Sequence record: NC_023557.1
Reading direction: 5' to 3' (one strand)
DNA: 64,000 bases
In this document: positions 1 through 8,991 of the stretch, in pieces
Numbering within the stretch: the first letter of the stretch is position 1
How the letters are laid out: each line of letters begins with the position of its first letter
Notes under the pieces: generated by a model
What the model was told of the DNA's origin: nothing
Databases searched by the model: none
Seen by the model: the letters and a program-made list of their open reading frames with translations, nothing else
Program-made: the position numbers and the translations under genes

Positions 1-40
1 GTTTAGTTGAAGCCTTACATCTATGTGGAGTTAGGCGCGT

Positions 41-1036
41 ATGGCACATGATCATCAATTCAACGAAGCCTCAGACAGAGGGCTATTCGATTATGATGCT
101 GACTGTAAAGTAAGTTACTTTATTAAGTCCGCACTCAAGACTCCGTTATTCATTCGACAGCGTACCGGATTGGATAATATCATCCCACCGAAGTTTTATG
201 GTGGCGGGGTCATGGATCAGGTGGAAATCATGCTAGAGTTTCAGATCAAGGAGCATGTATTTCTCGACATTAACAGTAAATCAATTGAGGAGCTACCACC
301 CGAGTACGCCGTGATTGCCAAGGCAATTAATGTAATAAAAGAAAAGCGTGTACGTGAACATGGCAACTATTATGTTGGTCGTGTTGTGTATACCTTTACC
401 AGCGAATATTTCGAGCGCTGTAATGGTCAGTTCTATTTCTCTGTGTTGGATATGGTCTTCTCCGTAAATAGCCCAGATGAGACAGACGAGCACCCGTATT
501 GCATTAATGTGTTACAGCAAACCATGGCAGCAAAATTAAAGGACGATTATGCCGGCTTAGTGACCTATGCAGTTAAGCTGGTAGATTCGCAGACGCGACT
601 AGGCCCAAAGTACATCAACATCGCTGGTGATGTCTTTGAAGTCACACCCACCGAAGGGCAAGGGACCGAATCAGCTGACGGCCTCTATCTCATTGGTGAT
701 GCACCGATCCGCAGAGGGAAGAAAGAATCTACTGGGCGTACACGATTTACGCCACTCGACTCGATACTACAAAGCCCTGAGAAGTATGGATTATTTTCTA
801 CTATTGGGGAAGCGAAGCATCGGGGAGATAAACAGTTGGATGCGGCATTTAATGCATTAGACGCAGCTAACGCGAAGGAACGGAAAGCGCAGCAGAAGAT
901 CGCTCAGCTGGAGACTCAGCTGGAAGGGTTTAAAGCAAAAGAGAAACAGGACAATGGACTGGTTCTCAACAAAGGGATAACGGAGCTCATCAAACTTATT
1001 ACTGCCACTATAGGCATTGTTAAACTCTTGAGGTAA
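41..1036 (+). CDS. Conserved jumbo-phage protein of unknown function, C-terminal coiled coil
   Basis: 331-aa ORF with GGAG RBS, 4 nt upstream of the RNAP subunit gene; heptad-like C-terminus (ALDAANAKERKAQQKIAQLETQLEG). Confidence 0.7.
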   Translation: MAHDHQFNEASDRGLFDYDADCKVSYFIKSALKTPLFIRQRTGLDNIIPPKFYGGGVMDQVEIMLEFQIKEHVFLDINSKSIEELPPEYAVIAKAINVIKEKRVREHGNYYVGRVVYTFTSEYFERCNGQFYFSVLDMVFSVNSPDETDEHPYCINVLQQTMAAKLKDDYAGLVTYAVKLVDSQTRLGPKYINIAGDVFEVTPTEGQGTESADGLYLIGDAPIRRGKKESTGRTRFTPLDSILQSPEKYGLFSTIGEAKHRGDKQLDAAFNALDAANAKERKAQQKIAQLETQLEGFKAKEKQDNGLVLNKGITELIKLITATIGIVKLLR

Positions 1037-1040
1037 CTCA

Positions 1041-2729
1041 ATGGACCCGTTGCTCGAAACAGCTATAAAAAATACCATACCAAAAATGAATCCAGATATC
1101 TCTAATGGATTTGTAAAGCGAGAGCTAGACAAAGCACTTGAATATCTCAACAACGTCTTTGCCAGCGCCTTTGGTAGTTTGGGTTCCAACATTAAGTACA
1201 TCGGGTATCAGCGTTGTCGTCCCGATGAAGAGTACCGTTTCAGTTTAAAGCGTAATGGCGGAGCAACAGCTTCGAAGGCACGTTATGAGCTGGCCCGGTC
1301 TGATGTGTTTCTCACCAAGTTCAACTTCACGGTCGATGGAAAAGCAACCAAACCATTGCTGCTCTATGTACCGTACTGTGATGACACTGGACTGATGCAC
1401 CTGCGTGGGACAGCACACACCATCTCACCTGTCTTGGAAGATCCAGGGATCTCTGTGACACGGGATGGTTGTTTCTTTCGCGTGACCTGTGACAAAATTG
1501 TGGTGAAACGTACTGGCCATACGGTCTGTCGTGATACCATGGACATCACACAAAAGCGTAAGCGGGTGCAGAAGCACATCAACGTACCGTGGGCGAAGAT
1601 CTACCGTGCTAAGCAACAGAAAGCGAACTCAGCGAAGACCGCACCGGTTACCTCGCTACCGCACTATCTGTTTGCGAAGTATGGCGTCACGCACACCTTC
1701 AAGAAGTATGCCGGTATGGATGTGGTGTTCGGGACTGAGTTGGATATCACACCTCAGAACTATCCTGACAATGAGTGGACGCGGTTCTATTCCGCTAAAC
1801 AAACCCACCCTAACAACAAGCGCCCGTCCCAAGAGTGGGTGCCAACGGCTGCAGCGTTAGCTGTCAGAACCACCGCACCGTCTCAGTTGGTGGATATCTT
1901 GGTAGCTGGCTACTTCTATGTCGCTGACTGTTATACCCATGAATTCAATCCGATTCACTCTGATGAGCCAGATCATTGGCGTCTGATGATGGGTAAGATG
2001 GTCTTTAACAAGACGGTCAAGTATGTGCAGATGACAGAATACCTGGCACCGCACTTTGCCTCACTTGATACGTACCTGGACGACATCGCCAAAGAGAACC
2101 TGGCCGAAGAAGGGGTGCTGTGTGAAGACGTGTATGAGCTGATGACTTACATTATTGCGAACCTGGATCACATGATCAACACCGTGAACCTGGCTAGCAT
2201 GTACAACAAGAAACTCGTTGTATTGCCGTATGTGTTATCACCGATCATTCACGGGATCTTCTATACCAAGTTTAACCTGATGCAACAATGCAAGAAGCGT
2301 GCTGTTGATACCACCACTGGCGAAGAGATCATGGTGTTCACGGAAGACACGTTATTTGATGTTCTTGGACGTAACCTGAAGCCGGAAGCGATTAACAAAG
2401 TGAAAGGGCCAGACCATGGCATGATTAGCTCTGTTGCAGCCCCAGGCGACAATAAGATGTTTAAGATAAATAACAAGATTACACTACAGCAAAATGCAAC
2501 ACAATCAGGTGGGCGTCGTAATGAATCACCGATGACCGATGATTCGAAAGGGCTGGATGTCAGTATTGCAGACTGTGCATCGTATCTCCACATTACGAAA
2601 CCCGATCCGACTGGCCGCTCTTTATTTAACCCCTTTAAGTTATTGGTACGTGATAAACTCCTTCCGTCCGTTAAATATGAAAAACTGTTTAGCGTAACGC
2701 AGGCGATTATCTATCGTCGCAATATTTAG
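1041..2729 (+). CDS. Non-virion RNA polymerase beta-like subunit (phiKZ gp123-like)
   Basis: 562 aa; size, N-terminus (MDPLL...IPKMNPDI) and C-terminal ITKPDPTGRSLFNPF resemble phiKZ-type split beta subunits as I recall them; synteny upstream of the portal. Confidence 0.7.
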   Translation: MDPLLETAIKNTIPKMNPDISNGFVKRELDKALEYLNNVFASAFGSLGSNIKYIGYQRCRPDEEYRFSLKRNGGATASKARYELARSDVFLTKFNFTVDGKATKPLLLYVPYCDDTGLMHLRGTAHTISPVLEDPGISVTRDGCFFRVTCDKIVVKRTGHTVCRDTMDITQKRKRVQKHINVPWAKIYRAKQQKANSAKTAPVTSLPHYLFAKYGVTHTFKKYAGMDVVFGTELDITPQNYPDNEWTRFYSAKQTHPNNKRPSQEWVPTAAALAVRTTAPSQLVDILVAGYFYVADCYTHEFNPIHSDEPDHWRLMMGKMVFNKTVKYVQMTEYLAPHFASLDTYLDDIAKENLAEEGVLCEDVYELMTYIIANLDHMINTVNLASMYNKKLVVLPYVLSPIIHGIFYTKFNLMQQCKKRAVDTTTGEEIMVFTEDTLFDVLGRNLKPEAINKVKGPDHGMISSVAAPGDNKMFKINNKITLQQNATQSGGRRNESPMTDDSKGLDVSIADCASYLHITKPDPTGRSLFNPFKLLVRDKLLPSVKYEKLFSVTQAIIYRRNI

Positions 2730-2741
2730 TGAGCCTACATC

Positions 2742-2918
2742 ATGAAACAGAATGCTGAGATCGATTCGTCTATTATTTCTACCGGTAATATCTTCCAGGC
2801 ACAGAAGCCGGCCCCAGTTGGTCGTTGTGATCTGTCGGGTGAATCACAGAAACGCTCACAGAGCATGACAGAAGAAGATAAGGCGGCAGTAGCCAAACGT
2901 TTTGGTTTGACTAAATAA
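2742..2918 (+). CDS. Small 58-aa protein not in the ORF track
   Basis: ATG 2742 to TAA 2918, MKQNAEIDSS...AKRFGLTK; fills the gap between two + genes; RBS is weak. Confidence 0.4.
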   Translation: MKQNAEIDSSIISTGNIFQAQKPAPVGRCDLSGESQKRSQSMTEEDKAAVAKRFGLTK

Positions 2919-2965
2919 TTAACTTTTTGTAAGCAGATTGTTTTAGTCTGCAAAAGGAAACCGTT

Positions 2966-5437
2966 ATGAGCAATATGTACCCACCGCAGATGATGATGGC
3001 CCAAGGAGGGTTGTATCCTCAGCAAGGGATGTATCCGCAGCAGCAGATGATGCAACCCCCGATGATGATGCAACAACAAGCTCCACAAATCGATAAGCAA
3101 GCTTTAGCGCAGGCTTTTGCAAAGTTTATCGATCAGGCGGCCACGCAGAACCAGAACCAGCTGACTGCCTATATCCACATGCGTTACACACAGAACCAGT
3201 ATCAGAACCAGCAGTTCCAAACTGCGGTGAACACGGTACTGGCGATGTACATGTTGGCGCTGCAGACAGCCCCTGGTATGCCACCGCATCAACTGCAGGG
3301 TCAAGCGGTGGTTGATGCATACGAAATCCACGCCATTCTGGAGTTGCAGCAGAACCCCCAGATGGTGCAGGCTTTGGCGCCGAATATCATTCAGGCGCTT
3401 GTGCAGAATATCCCGCGCTTACAGCAGCAGTTAAATCAAAGCTTCCCGCAGCTGCAGTTGCAAGTACCACAGCTTAATGTTCCGGGTTATCAGCTGCAGA
3501 ATACCATGCAGCCGCAGCAGCACATGTTACCTGGTTATAATGCCATGATGCCACCGATGCAGGGTTATGCACCGGTACCGCAGCAGGGGATGTATCAGAA
3601 CAGCATGGTACCTGGTCAGCCGTACAATGGTTATAACGCGCAGACCAATGATAACCTTGGCATGAGCGATGCCCGTGCTCAGTTACCTGCACCGCCAGCC
3701 GATGGTAAGTATTACGGCCCAGCGAGCATTGGTAACAACACCGACAACAAGCCAGCCAATACCGTGCAGCCTATTGCGGTCGCCGGCTTTGAAGTCAGTG
3801 AAGCGCGTGTACCGATGCATGCGGTGGGTGTGCTGGAAGAGTACAGCACACCTAACCTGCAACAAGCGATGCAACAGCAGCAAGACATGCCAATGCCGAG
3901 TAACATCGACTTTGACAGTGTGATGTCGCTGGAAGAGGAAGAGAACGAAGAACCGATGTTCAACGTCCCGCTGGCGGATGAAGAACAACTGGTACTGAAT
4001 GCGGGTACAGATGACGAACCGTATCAGAGTCCGTTCCCGTCATTCTCTCAGATCTTCGGTCAGCCTGCCTCAGGTGCTAACATCAGCGCAGCAGCAGAAG
4101 CAGCGATGACACCACCTCCTGCTGAAGCGTTACTGTCTCAGCCGGTTGCAAACAAACCGACGGTTGTGGTAACCAAAGCTGCTGAAGTGTCACCAGACGG
4201 TCTGCCAGATGGCTGGATGTTCACTGAGTCGCTGGAAGCCGGTGAGTTCCTGAAACTGATCCGTGCTGCTAAACGCAATCGTAAGAATCCACTACCGATT
4301 CATTACGACCGTACTTTCATGACCCGCTTGTATCGCTATAACCCAGATGGTGCGATTGAGCAACGTATCGTAGGAGAAACCATGGACAGACTTCGTCACG
4401 ACCTATCCTCACTGGACGAGGTAGATAACCAAGGGGCACGTGAGCAAGCAGCACTGTTCGCACCACTGACCACTGCGACTATTGATGAAGTCAATAAGGT
4501 AGTGAAGGAAGCAGAGAAAGACAGCGGGAAAGTGACTGAGAAGCTGAAAGAGAAAGACATCGTCGTTCTTAGCAAGCCAGTGACTGTATCGTGCCGTCAA
4601 GAAGCAGCTATCCTGGTGGCAGCCAAAGCTGGCGAGATTCAGAAACTCAACAGCAACAAACACGGGTATGAGTATTACTACCGTGAAGCGATGGTGCTGC
4701 AAACCACCAAGAACGTGACTGCGTTGTTGGAGAACCCAACTGTCAAAGCGCTGTCTCAGCGTTCACAGGTGAATAACCTGGTTGAGCTGGCAGAAGCGAT
4801 CCGTGCAGCGCGTGCAGAAGGTGCGTTAAGCCCACAGGCACTGACCAAGCTGACTGACCACATGATGGAAGTGTTTAACGACATGCTCACTCATGATTAC
4901 GGTTATGCGGGTGAACTGGTGTTGACCGGTAGCGATGAAGACGGTAACAAAACCCAGCTGGAAGATGAGCTGATGGACTTCGTGGTCTACATGGACAGTA
5001 ATGAAGATCATCGTGAAGTGCTGGATCTGATCCATAAGCGTTGGATTCCGCTGCGTGAGCGTCTGTGCATTATCTTAACGGATGGTGCCTTAACCTCTGC
5101 ACAACGTATCCTGGCCAAGCGTTACGGTTCAGACGACGACATGGATGCGATGGTTGATGCAACCAGTAACATGCTGATTGCAATGACCTCGGTTAGCGTA
5201 ACCAACCTCAACAAAACCAGCCGTGAGCTGAAGCTTGATGACAAGGACCGTATCTTCGCTGTAAACGGGTCTGACAGCCCGTATCTGTACAGTGTGTTGA
5301 AAGGTATCACTGAGCGCACTAAACAGCACACATCGCGTTACACGAAGCATCGTGTGGTAACTGCAGATGGCCGCTTCCTGAACTTCCGTCTCGGCGGATT
5401 AGGAGACGGAAGCGTCTTCATTGCCAACTTTGAGTAA
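2966..5437 (+). CDS. Large protein with Gln/Met/Pro-rich low-complexity N-terminus
   Basis: 823 aa; QQGMYPQ-like repeats, acidic linker, globular C-terminal half; AAAGGA RBS. Confidence 0.75.
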   Translation: MSNMYPPQMMMAQGGLYPQQGMYPQQQMMQPPMMMQQQAPQIDKQALAQAFAKFIDQAATQNQNQLTAYIHMRYTQNQYQNQQFQTAVNTVLAMYMLALQTAPGMPPHQLQGQAVVDAYEIHAILELQQNPQMVQALAPNIIQALVQNIPRLQQQLNQSFPQLQLQVPQLNVPGYQLQNTMQPQQHMLPGYNAMMPPMQGYAPVPQQGMYQNSMVPGQPYNGYNAQTNDNLGMSDARAQLPAPPADGKYYGPASIGNNTDNKPANTVQPIAVAGFEVSEARVPMHAVGVLEEYSTPNLQQAMQQQQDMPMPSNIDFDSVMSLEEEENEEPMFNVPLADEEQLVLNAGTDDEPYQSPFPSFSQIFGQPASGANISAAAEAAMTPPPAEALLSQPVANKPTVVVTKAAEVSPDGLPDGWMFTESLEAGEFLKLIRAAKRNRKNPLPIHYDRTFMTRLYRYNPDGAIEQRIVGETMDRLRHDLSSLDEVDNQGAREQAALFAPLTTATIDEVNKVVKEAEKDSGKVTEKLKEKDIVVLSKPVTVSCRQEAAILVAAKAGEIQKLNSNKHGYEYYYREAMVLQTTKNVTALLENPTVKALSQRSQVNNLVELAEAIRAARAEGALSPQALTKLTDHMMEVFNDMLTHDYGYAGELVLTGSDEDGNKTQLEDELMDFVVYMDSNEDHREVLDLIHKRWIPLRERLCIILTDGALTSAQRILAKRYGSDDDMDAMVDATSNMLIAMTSVSVTNLNKTSRELKLDDKDRIFAVNGSDSPYLYSVLKGITERTKQHTSRYTKHRVVTADGRFLNFRLGGLGDGSVFIANFE

Positions 5438-5445
5438 CCCATAAC

Positions 5446-5473
5446 AGGAGAGCTTCGGCTCTCCTTTATGCCG
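5446..5473 (+). terminator. Hairpin AGGAGAGC-TTCG-GCTCTCCT followed by TTATGCCG
   Basis: Perfect 8-bp stem with cUUCGg loop right after the stop at 5437. Confidence 0.75.
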
Positions 5474-5709
5474 GCTAGATTTTCCACCCATCTCCTCTAT
5501 CGGACAACAGATATAGATAGCGTCTGATCAACGTCATTGATTACACCTTATTCTACAACCCCAACGTAACCTGTCGACATTCATAAGGGAATGCCACACC
5601 GTTGTTTATGTCCGTCCTTATAAAAGAAGCGACCAAGCAAAAGACCAATAATCCGCAAGCCTTCTTTAAACTAAACCTGTTCTCTTTTCTTATTAATCTG
5701 GAGTGTTGT

Positions 5710-6042
5710 ATGGATTTCTCATTTCTACTTGATCAAAACCCGTTGAGCTATTACAAAAACGAGTTACCGGCCTTAGTCCGTGAACTTAATGGCTCGGTGG
5801 AAGATGATGCCCGTGTTTCTTGTGAAGACGCGCTGAATGCGCTGGTGCATCTGTTTGCGACACCGGGTGAGCTCATCAGCCTTACTATTCAGCGCCACTG
5901 TGGTATTGTGGAGCAGAAGCTTCGCTATACGGCAAAGTTCATCAATGACACAGTGGCTACAGTCGAAGGACCTGAACCAATGGATCTGCGCTATGTGTTA
6001 GGGACTGCAGTATTTAACGCCATTACCATTCCTATCAAATAA
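5710..6042 (+). CDS. Hypothetical protein (about 110 aa)
   Basis: Track ORF 5602-6042; GGAG RBS favours ATG at 5710. Confidence 0.6.
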   Translation: MDFSFLLDQNPLSYYKNELPALVRELNGSVEDDARVSCEDALNALVHLFATPGELISLTIQRHCGIVEQKLRYTAKFINDTVATVEGPEPMDLRYVLGTAVFNAITIPIK

Positions 6043-6044
6043 AT

Positions 6045-6085
6045 CGGCATAAGAGGAGAGGCAAATGCCTCTCCTCTGTTATGCT
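6045..6085. terminator. Bidirectional hairpin CGGCATAA-GAGGAGAGGC-AAAT-GCCTCTCCTC-TGTTATGCT
   Basis: 10-bp stem between convergent genes with a TATGC motif on each strand. Confidence 0.75.
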
Positions 6086-6103
6086 ACTTCTTTTTTTTTT
6101 GGT

Positions 6104-8959
6104 TTAGAACGTGAACTTCGGGTTTTTCGAGTCGTCGTCGTTGAAGTCGTCATCCGTCGGATCTTCAAGACTCGGATCAGCAGCATCATCATCCGGATTA
6201 GTGGTATCGTCCGGGTTCTGTGTGTCATCCGGGTTCTGCTCATCTACCGGAGGTTCGTCACCATCGGTCGGTGGTGTCGGCATGGCAAACGGGTCAGCTT
6301 CACCCTCATCCGGTACAGCGTTCGGATTAGCGGCGGTGTCACCTAGCTGCTCATCTTCCTTCAGCTTATCGTATTTACTCTGCAGCTTCTCTTCGACTTT
6401 CTTCTTATCTTTCAGATACGTGAGAATGCCTTCCCAGACATTTTCATTGTAGCTGATGATTTCAGAAAGCAGGGCAGCGGTAGCGTTAGTGTCTTCACCC
6501 AGATCATTCAGGATTGCGTATTGCTGCGCATTACCGGAATCATCCATCCACTTACGCATGTACATTGCCACCAGAGACTGACGCCAGGTTTCCAGATCCT
6601 CTTCAGAGCCATCCAGGAACTTGCCCACCACAGCATCTGGGAAGCGGTCATTGATGACAGCCTCGGTGTGCTCACGACGTGTCTGGTAGGCACGGGTGAT
6701 CTCTTCCAGGTCGGTGGTTTCAGGTTCAGGCAGAGTGACGATGATTGAGTTAATGAAGTTGGTCAGCAGACGGGCTGCAATCGCACCTTCATCCTTAGCA
6801 ACATCCGGGTTATTGGCTTTAAAGTCCTCAAACATCTTCTTGCCTTTAGCCGAAGACGGACTCCAGAGATTCTTGTTGTTATGAATGATGTCGTACAGTT
6901 CATTCATCAAGTTACCGGACTTGGCAGTCAGTTTACGCACCAGGTCAGAGGCATGACCACACACCACACGTTGTGACACGGTGATCTCTTGCGAGTACAG
7001 CGCATCGTTGTTGATGTGTTCGATGGCAAACTTGATGTCGTTCTGCGACGAGATGAGTTCAGGACGAATCCCCCACATCTGTGACAGGAACTCCATCAAG
7101 CGGTCATTCCACTCTGGATCAGGCGGGGTGATGTCACGCTTGCCGTGAGAGATATCTGCATCAATCGACGGGTAGTGATCGTTACCACTGGTCTTTACAA
7201 TCACGCTGGCACTGTCAAGGATGTTACACACATCACGCGGGTTCTTGGCACCGATGATCGAGGAGAGACCCAGGGTGGAGTTCAAGTGCGTGGTGATCAC
7301 ATCTTCGATGGTGTTTTCTGGCTCTGGGTCATCCTCATCCAGCGGGATGTTCAGGGTGGTGATGTTCACTGAGTTCGCGACGTTAGCAAGCGTAGTCGCA
7401 ATGATGTTGGTCATCGCCATGGACGCATACAGACGTGAGCGGTCTAACAGAGAACGACCAATACCAAACCGGTTATAGTCGAAAGCGAAGTAGGTCATCG
7501 CTTCTTCTGGCAGGTACAGGATACGGGTCTGCAGGTTACGGCAAGTACGGGCAAACATGATACGCATGACTTCGTTGGTTAACCCCACGGTCATGGTCTG
7601 ACCATAGGTGCCATTAGCCAGGCGCTGCACCAGATCTTTCTCCACTTCTTCGACATACTTGTTGTAGAAGGCAGACGTATCAAAGGTACATTTATTACCC
7701 GACTTCATCTCCGCCGCCATGGCAATGATGCCTTTGGTGCTGTCGATGGCGCTGTTGGTATCCTGACGGTTCTTCATCTGATCTTGATAGAACTGATCAT
7801 TCTGCGCCGTGCGTACCGGGTTGCCGTGTTCGTCCAGCAGAACGAAGTAACCCACGCGGTGTTTAAAGTCACCTGGGACGTGTACCGGGATCACACACTC
7901 TGAGGGCAGGTGCATCAGTAATGGCTGACCAACGTTTTCTTTAGACAGCTCGTCGTCACGTCCGACCGTGATGTTATTGGTCGCTACGTAATCACGCTGT
8001 TTAAAGAGGTCGTTGTAGACATTGCTGTACTGCTCATCCGTCAACACCGGCGTCTGGGCAACTTTGCTGTCTTTGTCCTTACCGCCTTTTGCTTTCGCCC
8101 CGCCTTTATCTTCCAGTGCTTCCATACCGGCACGGCGCAGACCTAACGGGATACGGTTCTTCTTCGACAGGTTGTGGCGAGCCAACGCCAGCTTAAAGCG
8201 TGGCAGACTTAACACCGCATCGTTATCGGTGATGGTTAACCCTAACTCATTTTTATTATCACCATTCAGATGATGCATGGTCATAATAGGCGTTTCGCCA
8301 CTCATCAACGATTCGAGTGACGCGGTCATCAGCATATTAGAACTACCTGGGTTACCCAGATAGCCACGAGAGCGGAACTGTTGGGAGTGTGCGTCGTAGT
8401 CATCAGCAATCGCTTCCATACCAGAGCCACGGGTATAACCGTTAATCACGTTATCCAGTGACGACTGGGAAAGCACCGCCCAGGCTGAGGAACCGGTCTT
8501 AAATAACATGTCCGGAACGATGTCAGCAAGTTTGTCAGTAATTTTATAGTTCTTTTCTATGTACTCCCGCACTGCGCTGATCAAAAGACTGTTAAGCTCT
8601 GTGTTCTTACCCTCATACGCTTCTGTGGTATAAGTCAGGGAGACCGTGCGTAAGTTACGCGGAGAGAGAATAGACGCCGTAAGGATCTTACACGCCTTTA
8701 AGGCTCCGGGTACACTTTCCATCAATTCGGTATTCGAGTCGATACTGGTACTGGTCAGTTTGGAGATGTTTTGGAGCATCCCTGCAGAAGGACCACCATC
8801 CCGGTTGGAACGTCCTGTACGTTTGGACGTATCCCGCGGTTTGTTGTCCTTCGGAACCAGTATGTCAATGATCGCTTTTGTCGCAGGATCTTTATTGAGT
8901 AAATTCAGTTTTGGCGTAGCAGCACGGCTGTTACCTGCCAAGCGATTCGATTCGGCCAT
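6104..8959 (-). CDS. Portal protein (phiKZ gp129-like)
   Basis: About 950 aa on the opposite strand; ILTASILSP, TGSSAWAVLSQSSLDNVING and HLPSECVIPVHVPG...GYFVLLD motifs as I recall for phiKZ-family portals; acidic D/P tail; probable start 8959 (AAGGAG RBS). Confidence 0.7.
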   Translation of the reverse strand: MAESNRLAGNSRAATPKLNLLNKDPATKAIIDILVPKDNKPRDTSKRTGRSNRDGGPSAGMLQNISKLTSTSIDSNTELMESVPGALKACKILTASILSPRNLRTVSLTYTTEAYEGKNTELNSLLISAVREYIEKNYKITDKLADIVPDMLFKTGSSAWAVLSQSSLDNVINGYTRGSGMEAIADDYDAHSQQFRSRGYLGNPGSSNMLMTASLESLMSGETPIMTMHHLNGDNKNELGLTITDNDAVLSLPRFKLALARHNLSKKNRIPLGLRRAGMEALEDKGGAKAKGGKDKDSKVAQTPVLTDEQYSNVYNDLFKQRDYVATNNITVGRDDELSKENVGQPLLMHLPSECVIPVHVPGDFKHRVGYFVLLDEHGNPVRTAQNDQFYQDQMKNRQDTNSAIDSTKGIIAMAAEMKSGNKCTFDTSAFYNKYVEEVEKDLVQRLANGTYGQTMTVGLTNEVMRIMFARTCRNLQTRILYLPEEAMTYFAFDYNRFGIGRSLLDRSRLYASMAMTNIIATTLANVANSVNITTLNIPLDEDDPEPENTIEDVITTHLNSTLGLSSIIGAKNPRDVCNILDSASVIVKTSGNDHYPSIDADISHGKRDITPPDPEWNDRLMEFLSQMWGIRPELISSQNDIKFAIEHINNDALYSQEITVSQRVVCGHASDLVRKLTAKSGNLMNELYDIIHNNKNLWSPSSAKGKKMFEDFKANNPDVAKDEGAIAARLLTNFINSIIVTLPEPETTDLEEITRAYQTRREHTEAVINDRFPDAVVGKFLDGSEEDLETWRQSLVAMYMRKWMDDSGNAQQYAILNDLGEDTNATAALLSEIISYNENVWEGILTYLKDKKKVEEKLQSKYDKLKEDEQLGDTAANPNAVPDEGEADPFAMPTPPTDGDEPPVDEQNPDDTQNPDDTTNPDDDAADPSLEDPTDDDFNDDDSKNPKFTF

Positions 8960-8991
8960 TTTAAAGAGGCTCCTTGCAGTGGGAGAATAGC

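Noticed and set aside
6104-6330. GATGAC/CCGGAT-like short repeats at the portal 3' end
   Set aside because: They simply encode the acidic NPDD-repeat tail; not a DNA-level element
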